Below are positions 26,950-40,069 of a DNA stretch of 64,000 nucleotides, in pieces (position 1 is the stretch's first letter; each line of letters starts with the position of its first letter). The stretch lies in NCBI RefSeq assembly GCF_009914755.1, contig NC_060935.1; one strand, given 5' to 3'. The notes beneath the pieces are model-generated. The model ran no database searches, was not told the DNA's origin, and saw only the letters and a program-made list of their open reading frames with translations. This DNA is from the human T2T-CHM13v2.0 reference genome, Homo sapiens. Made by a program: the position numbers and the translations under genes.

Positions 26950-27850
26950 GCTGCCTCTGCCTCCCTTCCCCCATTTCTTTCTAGCCAGCTCCATCCCCTA
27001 TTGGAAATCCCGCTGGAAAGGGGAGACGAGCTTCATCTCCCACATGATTTGGGCCAGGGGCTAAAGCACTCCCATAAATCTGCAGCTCATTTTAATGCCA
27101 CGTTAAAACAGTGTGAGCGGCTGGTTTCCGTGGCCCCTGCCCTTTTCTTTATGGGCTTCTTTGGCTCTTCTTTATAAAGAGGCCCTGTGGAGTCATTTTA
27201 AAGTCCTTATCAGTTTGCTGACAGCTATATGGGCCTTTCTGCTGAGTCCAGGAGCTCAGGCAGGCGTGTGAAACTTCTGATATTAAAATTGAAGAAAAAT
27301 GCCAGGCAGAAGGGATTGGGTGGTGGGGCAGTGGTGCAGAGGTGAAAGACTAGCAAGATAATTAACCTTTGCAGGTCCGGAACCTCGCCGTTGGCCACTG
27401 GTAGGGGCAGGGCAGGAAGGGTTAGGCAAAAGAGGGTTTTCCAAGGGCTTTTATTTTTATCCCAAGATTAGAAATGCCATTCCACTGGCAGTTTGTGCTT
27501 TCACGCTTCAGCAAGTGAGTTGGGCAACTTGAAGGGTTAGGGTGGCCAGGTTTGCAATGAATTTTTTCCTAAAGGCAGTCTGACTGGCTGGACCTCTGCT
27601 TGCGTGTCTTTGCCAGCTCCAGCCTGCTGTCTCTGCCTCCGCAGCATCACTGTTATCGAATTTAAAGGGACTTTCATCAGTCTGCTTTGCTGACCCTTTT
27701 AGAACAGACTGTTAACCCTCAATAATCCTCCCAGAGAGTTTCATGGAAACACCAGGCCCTCCATAAATGTCAGCCTGCGATGCTTGGCCCTTTTTACCCT
27801 CTCTGTTATAGAGAAGTAGACTAGAGGCTGCTCCTGCCTCTATCCTACCA
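26950..27850. promoter_or_regulatory. Candidate developmental enhancer (apparently repeat-free, with HOX/MEIS-type motifs)
   Basis: CCATAAA at ~27072 and ~27761, TTTATGG ~27148, TTTATAAA ~27171, TGACAG ~27220, TGTCA next to the second CCATAAA. No recognisable repeat. Function is inference only. Confidence 0.4.
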
Positions 27851-28414
27851 CTTTTCTTTCTTTCTTTGCTGGAAAACTGCAGCAGACAGCTGAGGGGAAG
27901 GAAAAACCATTACCTGGATCAAGGCCAGTGGTTTGATGGGAGCTTCAAAATCTTTGGCATCTCCTGCCCAGAATGTTTTTCCAGGCATTTTAAAAAGAGC
28001 ATCCTTACTCTCCTTCTCCTTTAAACCTTCCAACTTTGACTTCCAAAGGGGGATGGATGGGTAGAATAAGCCCTTAGAATGTACTTTATATCTTCCTGCT
28101 CTTCTTCTAACTAAAGCGTTTAGGAAGAGGTTAGTAGTGATAAGCAAAATCCAATGGGCATATATATTTCTAACTACTCTGTATACAGCTTTTTGGCACA
28201 AACATGTTATTTTTCCTTTTTCAAGTGGACATGAGCAGTTTTGCAAGTGTGTTCCATTTAAAATAGTCATTTAACTTGAGGTTGAGGCAAAAGCAAGAAT
28301 TTTTATAGTAAGTTAGTCAAACATATATAGCTGTTGATCTTGGATTGTCATTGAACAAATAATAAAATATACTGATTCATTTTATTACTCGTGTAGCTGT
28401 TGTGGGGAAGAGTA

Positions 28415-28765
28415 CAGTCATCCCTCAGTATCTGTGGGGGATTGGTTCCAGGACCTCCTGCAGATACCAGAACTCAAGGATGCTCAAGTCTCTGCTACAA
28501 AATGGCATAGTATTTGCATATGACCTATGTATATCCTCCCTTATACTTTAAATTACCCCTAGATTAATTATACTTCCTAATACAATGTAAATGCTGTGCA
28601 GATAGTTATTATACTGTATTGTTTAGGGAATAAGTGAAAGGAAGAAAATTTTATGTATGTTCAGTACAGGCACAGTTTTTTTTCCGAATATTTTTGATCT
28701 GTGATTGGTTGAATCCATGGATGTGGAACCACAGATACAGAACCGCAAATACAAGGGACCAACTG
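28415..28765. mobile_element. MER2 (Tigger-family MITE)
   Basis: TA|cagtcatccctcagtatc ... aagggaccaactg|TA; internal 'gggggattggttccaggacc'. Confidence 0.85.
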
Positions 28766-30313
28766 TAATTGTACAAAAACCAAATGAGCAGCAAAACAAA
28801 GCAAAATGCCCCAAACTCCAAAGTGGTAGAATCACTTTTCCATACTTTTCTGATGACTAAGTTGATATCATCTAATTAGTTAAGTTTAATTTAGGACAGT
28901 GAACTGGGTGTTATTGCTTATACTATACTCTTAACAAACTAAACAACTTTTAAGTATGTTGAAAGTTGTCAGTAAATTTATGATCATGAACAATCTTCAT
29001 TACATAGCCTTTTGAAGGTGGCGGGTAAAATGGTCACACTTTCCTCCTTGGGCATTTGTTGGAGAATAGTCTCTAAAGTTAACCATCGGTTTAATCCCTT
29101 GTCATGAATCCCCAATATGGGATATTGCTTTAGGAAATAGCCTCCCTAATAAAAGTGTTAAATGTTAATTTGCAGCCTATGTAAGAAATCTCTGATTACT
29201 TGGGGCTGGTTTCCCACAGGGTGGGACTATTTGACAAATATTTCTGAGAAATAATGATCATTACAGGAAGCGAAGTGCAGGTTTATGAATTCATGCCGTA
29301 CCTACTTAGACAAATATCTAGGTTTACAATACAATAACTTGTAAAGTATCAAGTGTCAATGTGTTTGGTAGAGAACTCAGTGTTTTCAAACCTTCAAATA
29401 AGGGTTAAACTGATTAATAAAATAAGTCATTTTGTTTATTTGCCTGAATTTAGTATGTAGATGGCTAACATGCTACAAATATTGGCAACAACAGAAACAT
29501 AGGATTTCTGTCTCTATTTATAAATATTAAAATAACTTACTATATACTTACATATATTCTGTCTCCTTAAGCATTGCAGAGGCTGAGAGAATTTGGAGTT
29601 GCCTAATTATTTTTGGCATGGCATAATTTATAGTTTTATAATAGCACAATTCACCTTATAATTCTGTGCTACTGTTCTTGGGAATGTTTAGACAACAGTC
29701 ACATATATTTATTTCTTTATCTTCACTCAGAGTACAAGATAGCTCCACTTAAGCCATTTCTGGCAATATAGTTATTTTTCTACCGGTAACTTAAAGGCTA
29801 ATTTGTTATATTTCAGTGGGTAGTTACTGCCCATTTTGATAAGGAGTTTAATAGCAGGAAAACAGTTTGCTTGTTCCTTCAGATTCCAATACTTTCTTAT
29901 GAAGAGGGACAAGTGGTTTTTTTCCAAATGTTTGAAGTCTATCTATACTGAACTTTTTTAAAGTTTCAGGTTAATTTGATCAGGATTTAATGATCTTATA
30001 CATGTATTATTTATATTTTAGGAAGACCTTTGAGTTTTTCCTTTGGTTTTAAGCTGCAGACTATGGTTGAGGGCAGCAGTGTGGTATTCTGGCATTTGAT
30101 GGGAATGAGGAGACCTACAGGCCAGTGATACACTGAAGGGTCTGAGTAACATGCTCATGACTGTGAAGCAGTGCATAGGGAATATTAGACCTGATCCTGC
30201 TCCCTTCAGCTTAGAATAACTCCAAATCATGATTCCTCCCGAATCTCTTTGCCTAGCAAGCTATAAATGAATTCACATATGATATATCAGATATATAATC
30301 TTTGGAAATACTT

Positions 30314-30682
<369 letters not shown>

Positions 30683-31613
30683 TAGCAACTTTTAACTGTG
30701 AGATGTGAGAGGGATACGATTCCCTGGGGGAATTTTCAAACTTCACATATCACTCCTACTCCTCCCACTCTTGTAGGCTTTCTGGGCTGGGGGCTTGGGA
30801 CATGAATCTGTCTTGAGAGTCCCTGCCATAACAAACCACAGTTACTCCTACTCATAGGTGTTTGTCGTCCTTCAGATGAGAAGGGGCAAGGAGAAAAAGT
30901 GAGAGCCACTGACATAGCAAGTGTAGCTCCCTCTTTTCAAGAGTCTCAATTTGGGGAACATACACAGGGGTCTTCCCTCGGAATCACCAGCAGAGCTTGT
31001 CCCTATAACCCTTAATCAGAAGATGGGGCTTTCTACCAGCAAGCAGTTCATAGAGGACTCATGTGCCTCTGGTCAGGTGCAGCAGTGATAGATGGTATTG
31101 GACCTACACGATTCTCAATGTCATTTTTCCAGGAATGTGTAGTAATAATAGTGGACAGGGCTGCTGTGCTACCTGACTGCTGAGTTAGTATTCATGGCCA
31201 AAAGGAAAACCTGCCAGAGAGTGTCTCCTTGGTGTTCTCCGGAATCATTGCTATGTGGGAAAGAAAATAGAGTAGAGAACGTCACGCTAACATGGCTGTC
31301 ATGATAGCAGCTTTGGGGATAAAGTGAGCTTTTGATTTCTCCCGTCTTACTCCCTTCATGTGTTGTGTTTGTGTGTGTGTTTTAATTAAAAGGAGCAGGT
31401 CTTTCAAGTGTGCCTGGTTGGAGTGAGGCTTGTTTTAGATTTGCTTTCTCTAATCAAACAAACTTACGCTTTCTTTCTCCTGGTTTTAGCATAGCAAACA
31501 TGGAAAATCTCGCCCCAGGCAGATTCCTTTATAGCTAGTTGACCCAAGTTGTGCTCTTATTTATTTATTTTTGATGACACATCTTGATTAAAGGTTTCCA
31601 ATTCACCTTTCAG

Positions 31614-31706
31614 CTCTTCATGGAACCAGCCAGGAGAGAGAACTGGTCAGCTGCTAATCACCAAATGAACTCCCTGATCTGGCCTAGGGAACAGTGGGAT
31701 TCACAG
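31614..31706 (+). CDS. EXT2: Alternative in-frame cassette exon of EXT2 in intron 7 (93 nt to a GC donor, or 99 nt to a GT donor at 31713)
   Basis: Acceptor ttcacctttcag|. Stop-free phase-0 frame LFMEPARRENWSAANHQMNSLIWPREQWDSQ(AW). Possible donors CAG|gcatgg or TGG|gtgact. I recall this peptide from a minor EXT2 isoform (not verified here). Confidence 0.75.
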
Positions 31707-31740
31707 GCATGGGTGACTTAGAAAACCGGGCCCAGCAGAA

Positions 31741-31910
31741 ATGAATCTCTAGTCTCTTTGCTGAGAAGGCTTGACCAAACACAGTTTTATTGGTCAGTGG
31801 CTCCTGCTTTAGTAACCTTTCACCCCAATGGCTCTTGGAGGTGCAAGCCACTGGCCGGCCTTGCCTTTGAACTCCTCATGGCTCCTGCCACCTCAAAGGC
31901 TCCCAGTCAG
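31741..31910. repeat. Copy B of the paralogous intronic module (partner at 22084-22260)
   Basis: Same two exact blocks as copy A; the third block is reverse-complemented relative to A. Confidence 0.85.
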
Positions 31911-33304
31911 AGGCTTGTGTTTTGCTAGGGACCTCACCTCACAGCAGGGTTTCAGCAGTTGGGAAAACCGATCCACCCTTAGAACATTGACATATTTGAA
32001 GGTGATACCCCTGAGACTTGAAACCTAGGGCTTTCTATTTCAGGAGCTGTCTGTCACATGCCAAGAAACATGACTCAGGCTTCCCCTTTTCCCTTCTTGA
32101 CCCCTTCTTGTTTCCTGGAGGACAGGAGGTCATAACATGGGAGCGTTCCCTCAGAGTATTCATGAAGTCCTCTCTTACTGTCAAGCTCTTTCACCCCTTA
32201 TTCTTCTAACGTTCCCCAAGTAGCATTTATTTTGAAAGTTTTTTTTTAATAGGGCAAAAGCATGCAAATCACAAGCATCTTTGGTGTCTGGGAACATAGT
32301 GGTGAAGATGGTGTAGTGGAAGTGTCATGAGGCTGTGTGTTCAGTCCTAAAGCATTCAGATCACAGAAGTCCTAGTTGTGAGAGAGCCCGGCTGTAGTTT
32401 TCTTTGCCTTCTTGATTCCATTCCATCTTCAGAAAAAAACTAGATCTTGCAAGAAGACATAGAAATAGCATGGATTGTCCTCCCGCATCTGCTTGGGTTC
32501 TTGCCTGAGGAGCAGAAGTGAAAACTGTTGGTATTTAGAAGCAAATCCAGGGAGCTGTCGATATTAGATGACTTCAGTATAGCTTCTTTGGCAAGAAATC
32601 AAACATCTCATTCTAAAAACATTGAGTAGAAAATGCCTCTTTTACTCATGATGCCTTTAGCATAGAAAAGGAGCAAATAATATCCATTGAAGTCTTTGCT
32701 TTTCTACAATTCAAATAGAATATTATTGATGATATTATAATACTACTTTTAGCAGAAAGGACAAAGGTCTCTTTCTGCCTTAGAGCAAAGTTTAAGTTTT
32801 CAGAAGAGTTATCAGAAGAGTTAGGCCTGTTTCTACCATTGTCTTGTTCTATGGTCATGGGTATTTTCATGAGTAGGATCATGAGCTCACATTTCACAAG
32901 TTGCAAAGGGAAGGGCCAAATTAACATTTGTGTTAACTACTGTGTCTGGTACTGTACTGGGAGCTTCCTCATGAAAACTTGATGAGGTAGCTATTATTCT
33001 TATTTTTATAAAGGAGGAAAATGAACTTTAGAGGCTGAGTAGATGGCCTGAGGTTATAAAACTTAAGTGACAGATTCAAGATTGGGAAGAATTTTGGCAT
33101 ATGACTAAAAACTATGAACTTTATTTATAAAGCTCTCTTTTGTCCTTGTTTAGAGTACTCTTGAACTATTATAATCATCTAAAATATTTGTAAAATGCCT
33201 ACTTTGGGTAATATACTATACACAATTCAGAGCTGTACAAGCCATGGTTCTTGTTCTCAAGTGGCCAACATTTTTGAAGGAAGAGGTATGTGATGTCCAT
33301 TAGT

Positions 33305-33706
33305 GTCTATATTAGTTTGCTAGAGCTGCCATAACAAAATACCACAGACGGGGTGGCTTAAACAACAGAAATCTATTTCTCACAGTTCTGGAGGCTGGAA
33401 GCCCAAGATCAACGAGTTGGCAGGGAGGGTTTCTTCTGAGGCTTCTCTGCTTGTCTCGCAGATGGCTGCCCTCTTGCCTCCTCTTCACGTGTCGTCCCTC
33501 TGTATTCACGCACCTCTGGTGTCACTCTGTGTGTCCAAATTCCTCTTCTTTAAGGACACCAGATTGGATCAGGGCCCACCCTAACAGCCTCATTTTCACT
33601 TAATCACCTCTTTGAAAAGGCCCTTTCTCTAAATACAGTTACATTTTGAGATGCTAGGGGTGAGGGTGTCAACATGTGAATTTGGGGTAGACAATTCAGC
33701 TCAGCC
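33305..33706 (-). mobile_element. MLT1 (ERVL-MaLR) solo LTR
   Basis: tattagtttgctagagctgccataacaaaataccacagac...ctcacagttctggaggctggaag...aattcagc. Confidence 0.85.
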
Positions 33707-34895
33707 CCAGGTCTGTATAAAGTATAAGACTCAAAGTCAGTAGCTGTCATTTAGTGGCTCAGTTGAGAAAGGGTTTTGCTTCTGACTGGAGTGCACCTCT
33801 GTGGTGTTTTCTTCTAACTCCATTCTCAACACCTTATCAAGTATAAGCAGTAGTCATGGTGTAAGGCCAGACGGGATAGGAGCCAGTGAAGAGGGGCGCT
33901 TTCACTACCACCTCATTCCGTTGCAAGTTGAAACACTGAGAACCGGCCTGTTGGGCTCAACTCAGAATTTGTGAGGCGACTCTGCCCTGGATACCTCATC
34001 CACAAGGTGGGACTTATACTCATGGTTCCCTAATCACCACAGGGTAAGTTAGATTCTTAAAGTAGTTTATTAAGCCTAATAAATGCTCAGTTTTGTTTTG
34101 TTTTGTGGTATCAATGGAAAGATTCTTGGAGAAGACTTTTTTCTTCATTGAAATTTTGCATATCACAGTTTATGTTTTAATTCCAGAAGGGGAAGGTTGA
34201 AGGTTCAGGATTCTACACTAGATTGAGAGCTTTGGTCCTTTAACAAATGCTTGAGAATTTTAAAAAGATTTAATAATACAGAAAACCTCTTATAATAAAA
34301 GCAATTCTTCATTCTTACGCTTACATCACTCAAGATGGTTGATTTGGGGGATGGGGAGGACAGAAGGTGGCAGAGGAAACAGATTTATGAAAGTAACATA
34401 TCTCTACCCCTAAAGAGAGATTGTTAATTTATCCTTGTAACATTGCATGCCTGCCTTTTGTTGCCTCACCTAGATGCATCAGCTAGATCAACCCGCCCCA
34501 GCACATACTTGTACACCCTAGCTCTCTGAATCAGCCAGGTTGATGGAGTGTTAATGTGGTAGTAAACTGTAATAAAGAAGAAATCTTTTCAGCAATTTTT
34601 TAAAAACCTTTTTTAAAATTATAGAATTGTAGTCTCCTTGGCCCAGATAAAGTCATGGCCTTCCCTACCTCATTTGTGTTTTTCAGAGCATTGGATTCTC
34701 CTTGACTAGTAGGCAGGGCACAAAGTGTTTAGAAGATTAAGGAGACACTATCTTACAGAAGATAAACTCAGAAGCCTGAGTAAATAAATTTCTTCTAATG
34801 TTTTCCCTATTGATTCATTGATTCACTAGTAAAGCAGAGTTTACTAATAACACACTTCTTTAATAGCAAGCCATATTATATGCATTAATTATTAA

Positions 34896-35179
<284 letters not shown>

Positions 35180-36449
35180 TAATTGGGACATTTAACATTC
35201 TATATTTTTGGACCTGAGAGAGGAGGTTTATTTTTATCCAGCAGCAAGCTACTATTTTAGGTGCTGTGGGATCCTCCCTATATTCAAGGAAGTAACTCTC
35301 AAGGGAATTGTGAGCTGAGCATCACGCTTGGAGCAAGGCACGTTGGAGTACTAATAGTGGCATGAGAGGTAGTGGGACGGCCAGCAGTCATGTGCATCTG
35401 TTTCCCTCCTGTCCTTTTCAAGATTCTTAGTGCATGACTTTGGATGAGTTATTTAGCTTTAAATGTCTCCATTTCATCATCTGTTTGTTTTTATATTCTC
35501 TAGTAAGGACTAACTCCCAACTGTGTTACAATAAAAGAAATCAAGGTAGAAAGAGATCAGGGGTGAATGTGGGTACTATGTTACCTAGACAACTACTCCC
35601 TAAATGTTGCTGAGGAAACTTCTTGGTTATTGTTATTCTAAGGAGGGTCTTCCAACATCACTCAAGATGGACACATAACAGTCCTTGCCACTGTGTTGGG
35701 TCAGAGGTTAAATTTCTCTCTTAAATTAGCCAAGAGCACATAGGACTGTGGCTGAGAAAGGGAGACTTCTGGAAAAGTTGAACTTTATGGAGCATTAGGA
35801 GTCTTGAAGTCACTGATTGATTCCTTTAGGAATCTGTGCAGCACCATAGCCCAGCACATGCTCCAGTGTTACCCAAGGTAAATCAGGAAGTCTAGAAAAA
35901 AGCAGGACCAGTAAACCCCCATGAACCTGTCAGTGGCTCAATTTTCTCATCATAAAATAGGGATAATTGGGTTGTGAGGATTAAATAAATTAATACAGGT
36001 AAAATACTTAAAATAGCGCCCAATACATAATAACTGCCTAATTTAATCAACAGATATTTATTGAGCACCTGCTTTGTTCGGGTATAGTTCTGAGTGCTAT
36101 AGATGCCACAGTTAACAGACACAAATCTCTGCCTGCTTGGAAGCTACATTCCTCTGGTGGGAACAGGTGTTAGATGATGCTGATAGTGATGATGGTGAGC
36201 ATCGTCATTATCTGAGGTCACAGATGTTGGAAGCAGAATGAACTGTGAGCATTAAGTTCACTTTTCACCCTTTCTCCAGGGGTATTTGTCTTTTACACTG
36301 AGGTAAATACATTTTTTTGGGAAATTCCTGTGTTGAAGATTGTTTCTAGGTTGCTTGTCCTGCCTTTTTGTAATGTTTTCCTTCTAATTGCAAGTTTACT
36401 TGTCTTATTCCAAACTCCATGGCATGACTTAGAGAAAGAAAAGAGTTTG

Positions 36450-36738
36450 GGGTTGGGTGCAGTAGCTCAGGCCTGTAATCCCAGCACTTTGGGAGGTGGA
36501 GGCAACAGGATCACTTGGGCCCAGGAGCTCAAAACCAGCCTGGGCAACACAGCAAGGCCCCATCTCTACAGAAAATGAAAAACTTAGCTGGGTGTGGTGG
36601 TGCATGCCTGTAGTCTCAGCTACTCGAGAGGCTGAGGTGGGAAGATTGCTTGAACCTGGGAGATGTAGGCTGTAGTGATCTGTGATCATGCCACTGCACT
36701 TCAGGCAGGGTGACAGAGCAAGACTCTGTCTTAAAAAC
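36450..36738 (+). mobile_element. AluJ
   Basis: ggatcacttgggcccaggagctc...gattgcttgaacctggg...gtgatcatgccactgcac. Confidence 0.88.
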
Positions 36739-39648
36739 AGTTGGAGTTTGGAATCCCCATTTTTCATTTGCCTCTCTTTGTCCCATGTTCTATTTCTTTT
36801 TTCTGTATCCTTTCTCTGATGATAACTAGGTTTTTAAACTCTTTATAGGAATCAACCATGTAATCCAATGCCATATAAGCTTGTAAAGAGCTTGTAAATA
36901 CGTATTGGACCTTGAAAATAAAACCTTGTCTAAAAACTCTTGTGAACTTACATGAGTACACTATTTTGATATCAGAAAGTATTGTCCTGGACTTCATCAT
37001 TTAGACCTCTTCCCTACATTTTTGTCATTAACGAATATATGCTTTAGCCATTTTCTCTGGTGGAACTTAACTGCATGTTAATTCTTTAATTACCCCCCAC
37101 AAATATAAATACTGAGACTGGAGATGAAAGGAAGTAATATGCTTCGAAATGGATGACATGTGCTTATATATGGGCCTTTGGGAATGTTCCAGGCCACTGT
37201 GTTTGAGATTAGGATTTGAGTGCTGGTCCATGTATTTTCTTGTTTTTCTAACCTTTGAGTGACTCATAGTTTTGGATGTAATAATAGATTTAGAACTCCC
37301 CAAAATTAAACTACACAAAGAGGAAATTGTTGTATATTCAACTTTTTATATGTGGATGGGGCTGCTGCTGATGTTGAGAGTTCTTCAGAAATTCTTTGGA
37401 ACATGCTAGGGAAACATGGCCTGGAAGATTGTGTAGAGCCTTTTTTTTCCTCAGCACCAGGGAAATGGGATTAAACTGGAGGAGGTTAAGAGATGGTTAA
37501 CAAAAATGCTAGGAGTGGAGAAAGTTAGATTTAAACAAGCAAGATCTTTGCAGCTAACCAAGGGGTAAGGTCATGAGCAAGTTGTCAAAATCCTGAGAAG
37601 GGCGAGAGAGAGAGAAATAAGGTCCATTTAGTATGGCACAGAGTTTCATAATTGTGTTTGTTAATATTAAAACTTTTTTTTCCTTTTCACTACATATGTG
37701 CCAACTGGGTGGAGACTATTTTTAAGAAGACAAAACCACAATAATGAACAACCCATCGTGGATTCTACATTCTTACATATTTTTAGAAGGATGGAAATGT
37801 GGGATAAGGTAAAAAGAAAATTGAGATTAAATCCTAGGAGAAATTAATTCCTAGCAAGAATTATTGGGCTGTATAGGAGATCCTGGGAAGAAAGCAATAT
37901 GTGTTCACTAAGGTGTGATACACTAGATCTTGCACTGGGCAGTGGCTACATTTAAAATGGTTCTCAGCTGTTCCTCTGGAACAACACAGCTTAAAATAGA
38001 GTCTCTACTAGTCAAAGCACGTGTAGTCTTGCCTTACTGTTGCTGAGAAAATTGTGATGTTAAGGATGGAGTTCTCTCTCCTTAATCCATTTATAATTTT
38101 GGGGGACACATGGGCCTTACTCTAGAGGAAATTCAGGATCCTAGTATAAAGAAGCTGTAAGAATCCACAGACCTATTATACAACAGCTGTAGTATTTATG
38201 GGCTGGTTTCTTGAGTCCTTGCCCATAGGTGAGGACTAGTAAATTTTGCTTAACATTGTGTGCCAACCATCAGAGAGTTTTTGATCTGTCTGGGAAGATA
38301 AGCTTTTCCCCCGTAGAATTACAATGGGGCAGAAAATAGATGCTGATTGTTTTGAAAAATTGTCAGATGAATTAGAAAAGAATTAAGGCTAGTTTCAAGG
38401 AAGAGATGAACATTAAAGTACAGATAGGATTTTTTAAATTAATAAACTTTAGATTTTTAGGAGAGTTTTAGGTTCACAGCAAAATTGAGCAGAAACTACA
38501 AAGAGTTCCCATATATCCCCCATCCTCATAGTTGTCCAACATACCCCACTATTTACTGAACACCATAGTGGTACATTTCTTACAGTTCATGAATCTACAC
38601 TGGCACATCATTATCACATGAAGTCCATAATTTACATTAGGGTTCACTCTTGATATTTTACATTGTATGGGTTTGGACAAACATGTATCTACCATTGTAA
38701 TATACAGAATAGTTCCATTGCCCTAAAAATCCTCTGTGCTCTGCCTATTAATTGCTCCCTTCTCCCAACTCTCGGAAACCATTGATCTTTTTACTGTCTC
38801 TGTGGTTTTGCCTTTTTTTGAAGTCATATAGTTGAAATTATATAGTATGTAGCCCCTTCAGTTTGGCTTCTTTTACTTAGTAATATGCATTTAAGTTTCC
38901 TCCATGTGTCTTCATGGCTTGGTAGCTCATTTCTTTTCAGTGCTAAATAATATTCCATTGTCTGGATGTACCACAGTTTATTCACCTACTGAAGGGCATC
39001 TTGATTCCTTCTATGTTTTGTATATGAATAAAGCTGCTGTAAACATCTGTGTGCAGGTTTTCGAGTAGATGTAAGTTTTCAGTGCATTTGGGTAACCTTC
39101 AGGGAGCACAGTTGCTGGCTTGCATGGCAAGAATACGTTTAGTTTTGTAGGAACCTACCAAACTATCTTCCAAAGTGGCTGTACCACTTTGCTTTCCCAC
39201 CTGGAATGAATGACAGTTCCTGTTGCCCTACATCTTCACCAACATTTGGTGTTCTCAGTGCTTTGGATTTTGGCCATTCTAATAGATATGTATTTGTATC
39301 TTATTGCTGTTTTAATTTATAATTCCTTAATGATATGTGATATTGAACATCTTTTCATATGCTTACTTGCCATCTATGTATGTTCTTTGGTAAGGTGTCT
39401 GTTCAGGTCTTTTGCCATTTTTTAATCTGATTGTTCACTTTCTTATTGTAGAGTTTTACGAGTATTTTGTTTATTTTGGAGAACAGTCCCTTATTAGACG
39501 TGTCCTTTGCAAATGTTTTCTCCCAGCCTGTGGCTTATTTTCTCATTCTCTTGACATTATTTGTTGCACATCAGGAGTGTTTAATATTAATGAAGTCCAG
39601 CTTATCTATTATTTATTTCATGGGTTATATCTTTGGTATTGTACCTAA

Positions 39649-40069
<421 letters not shown>

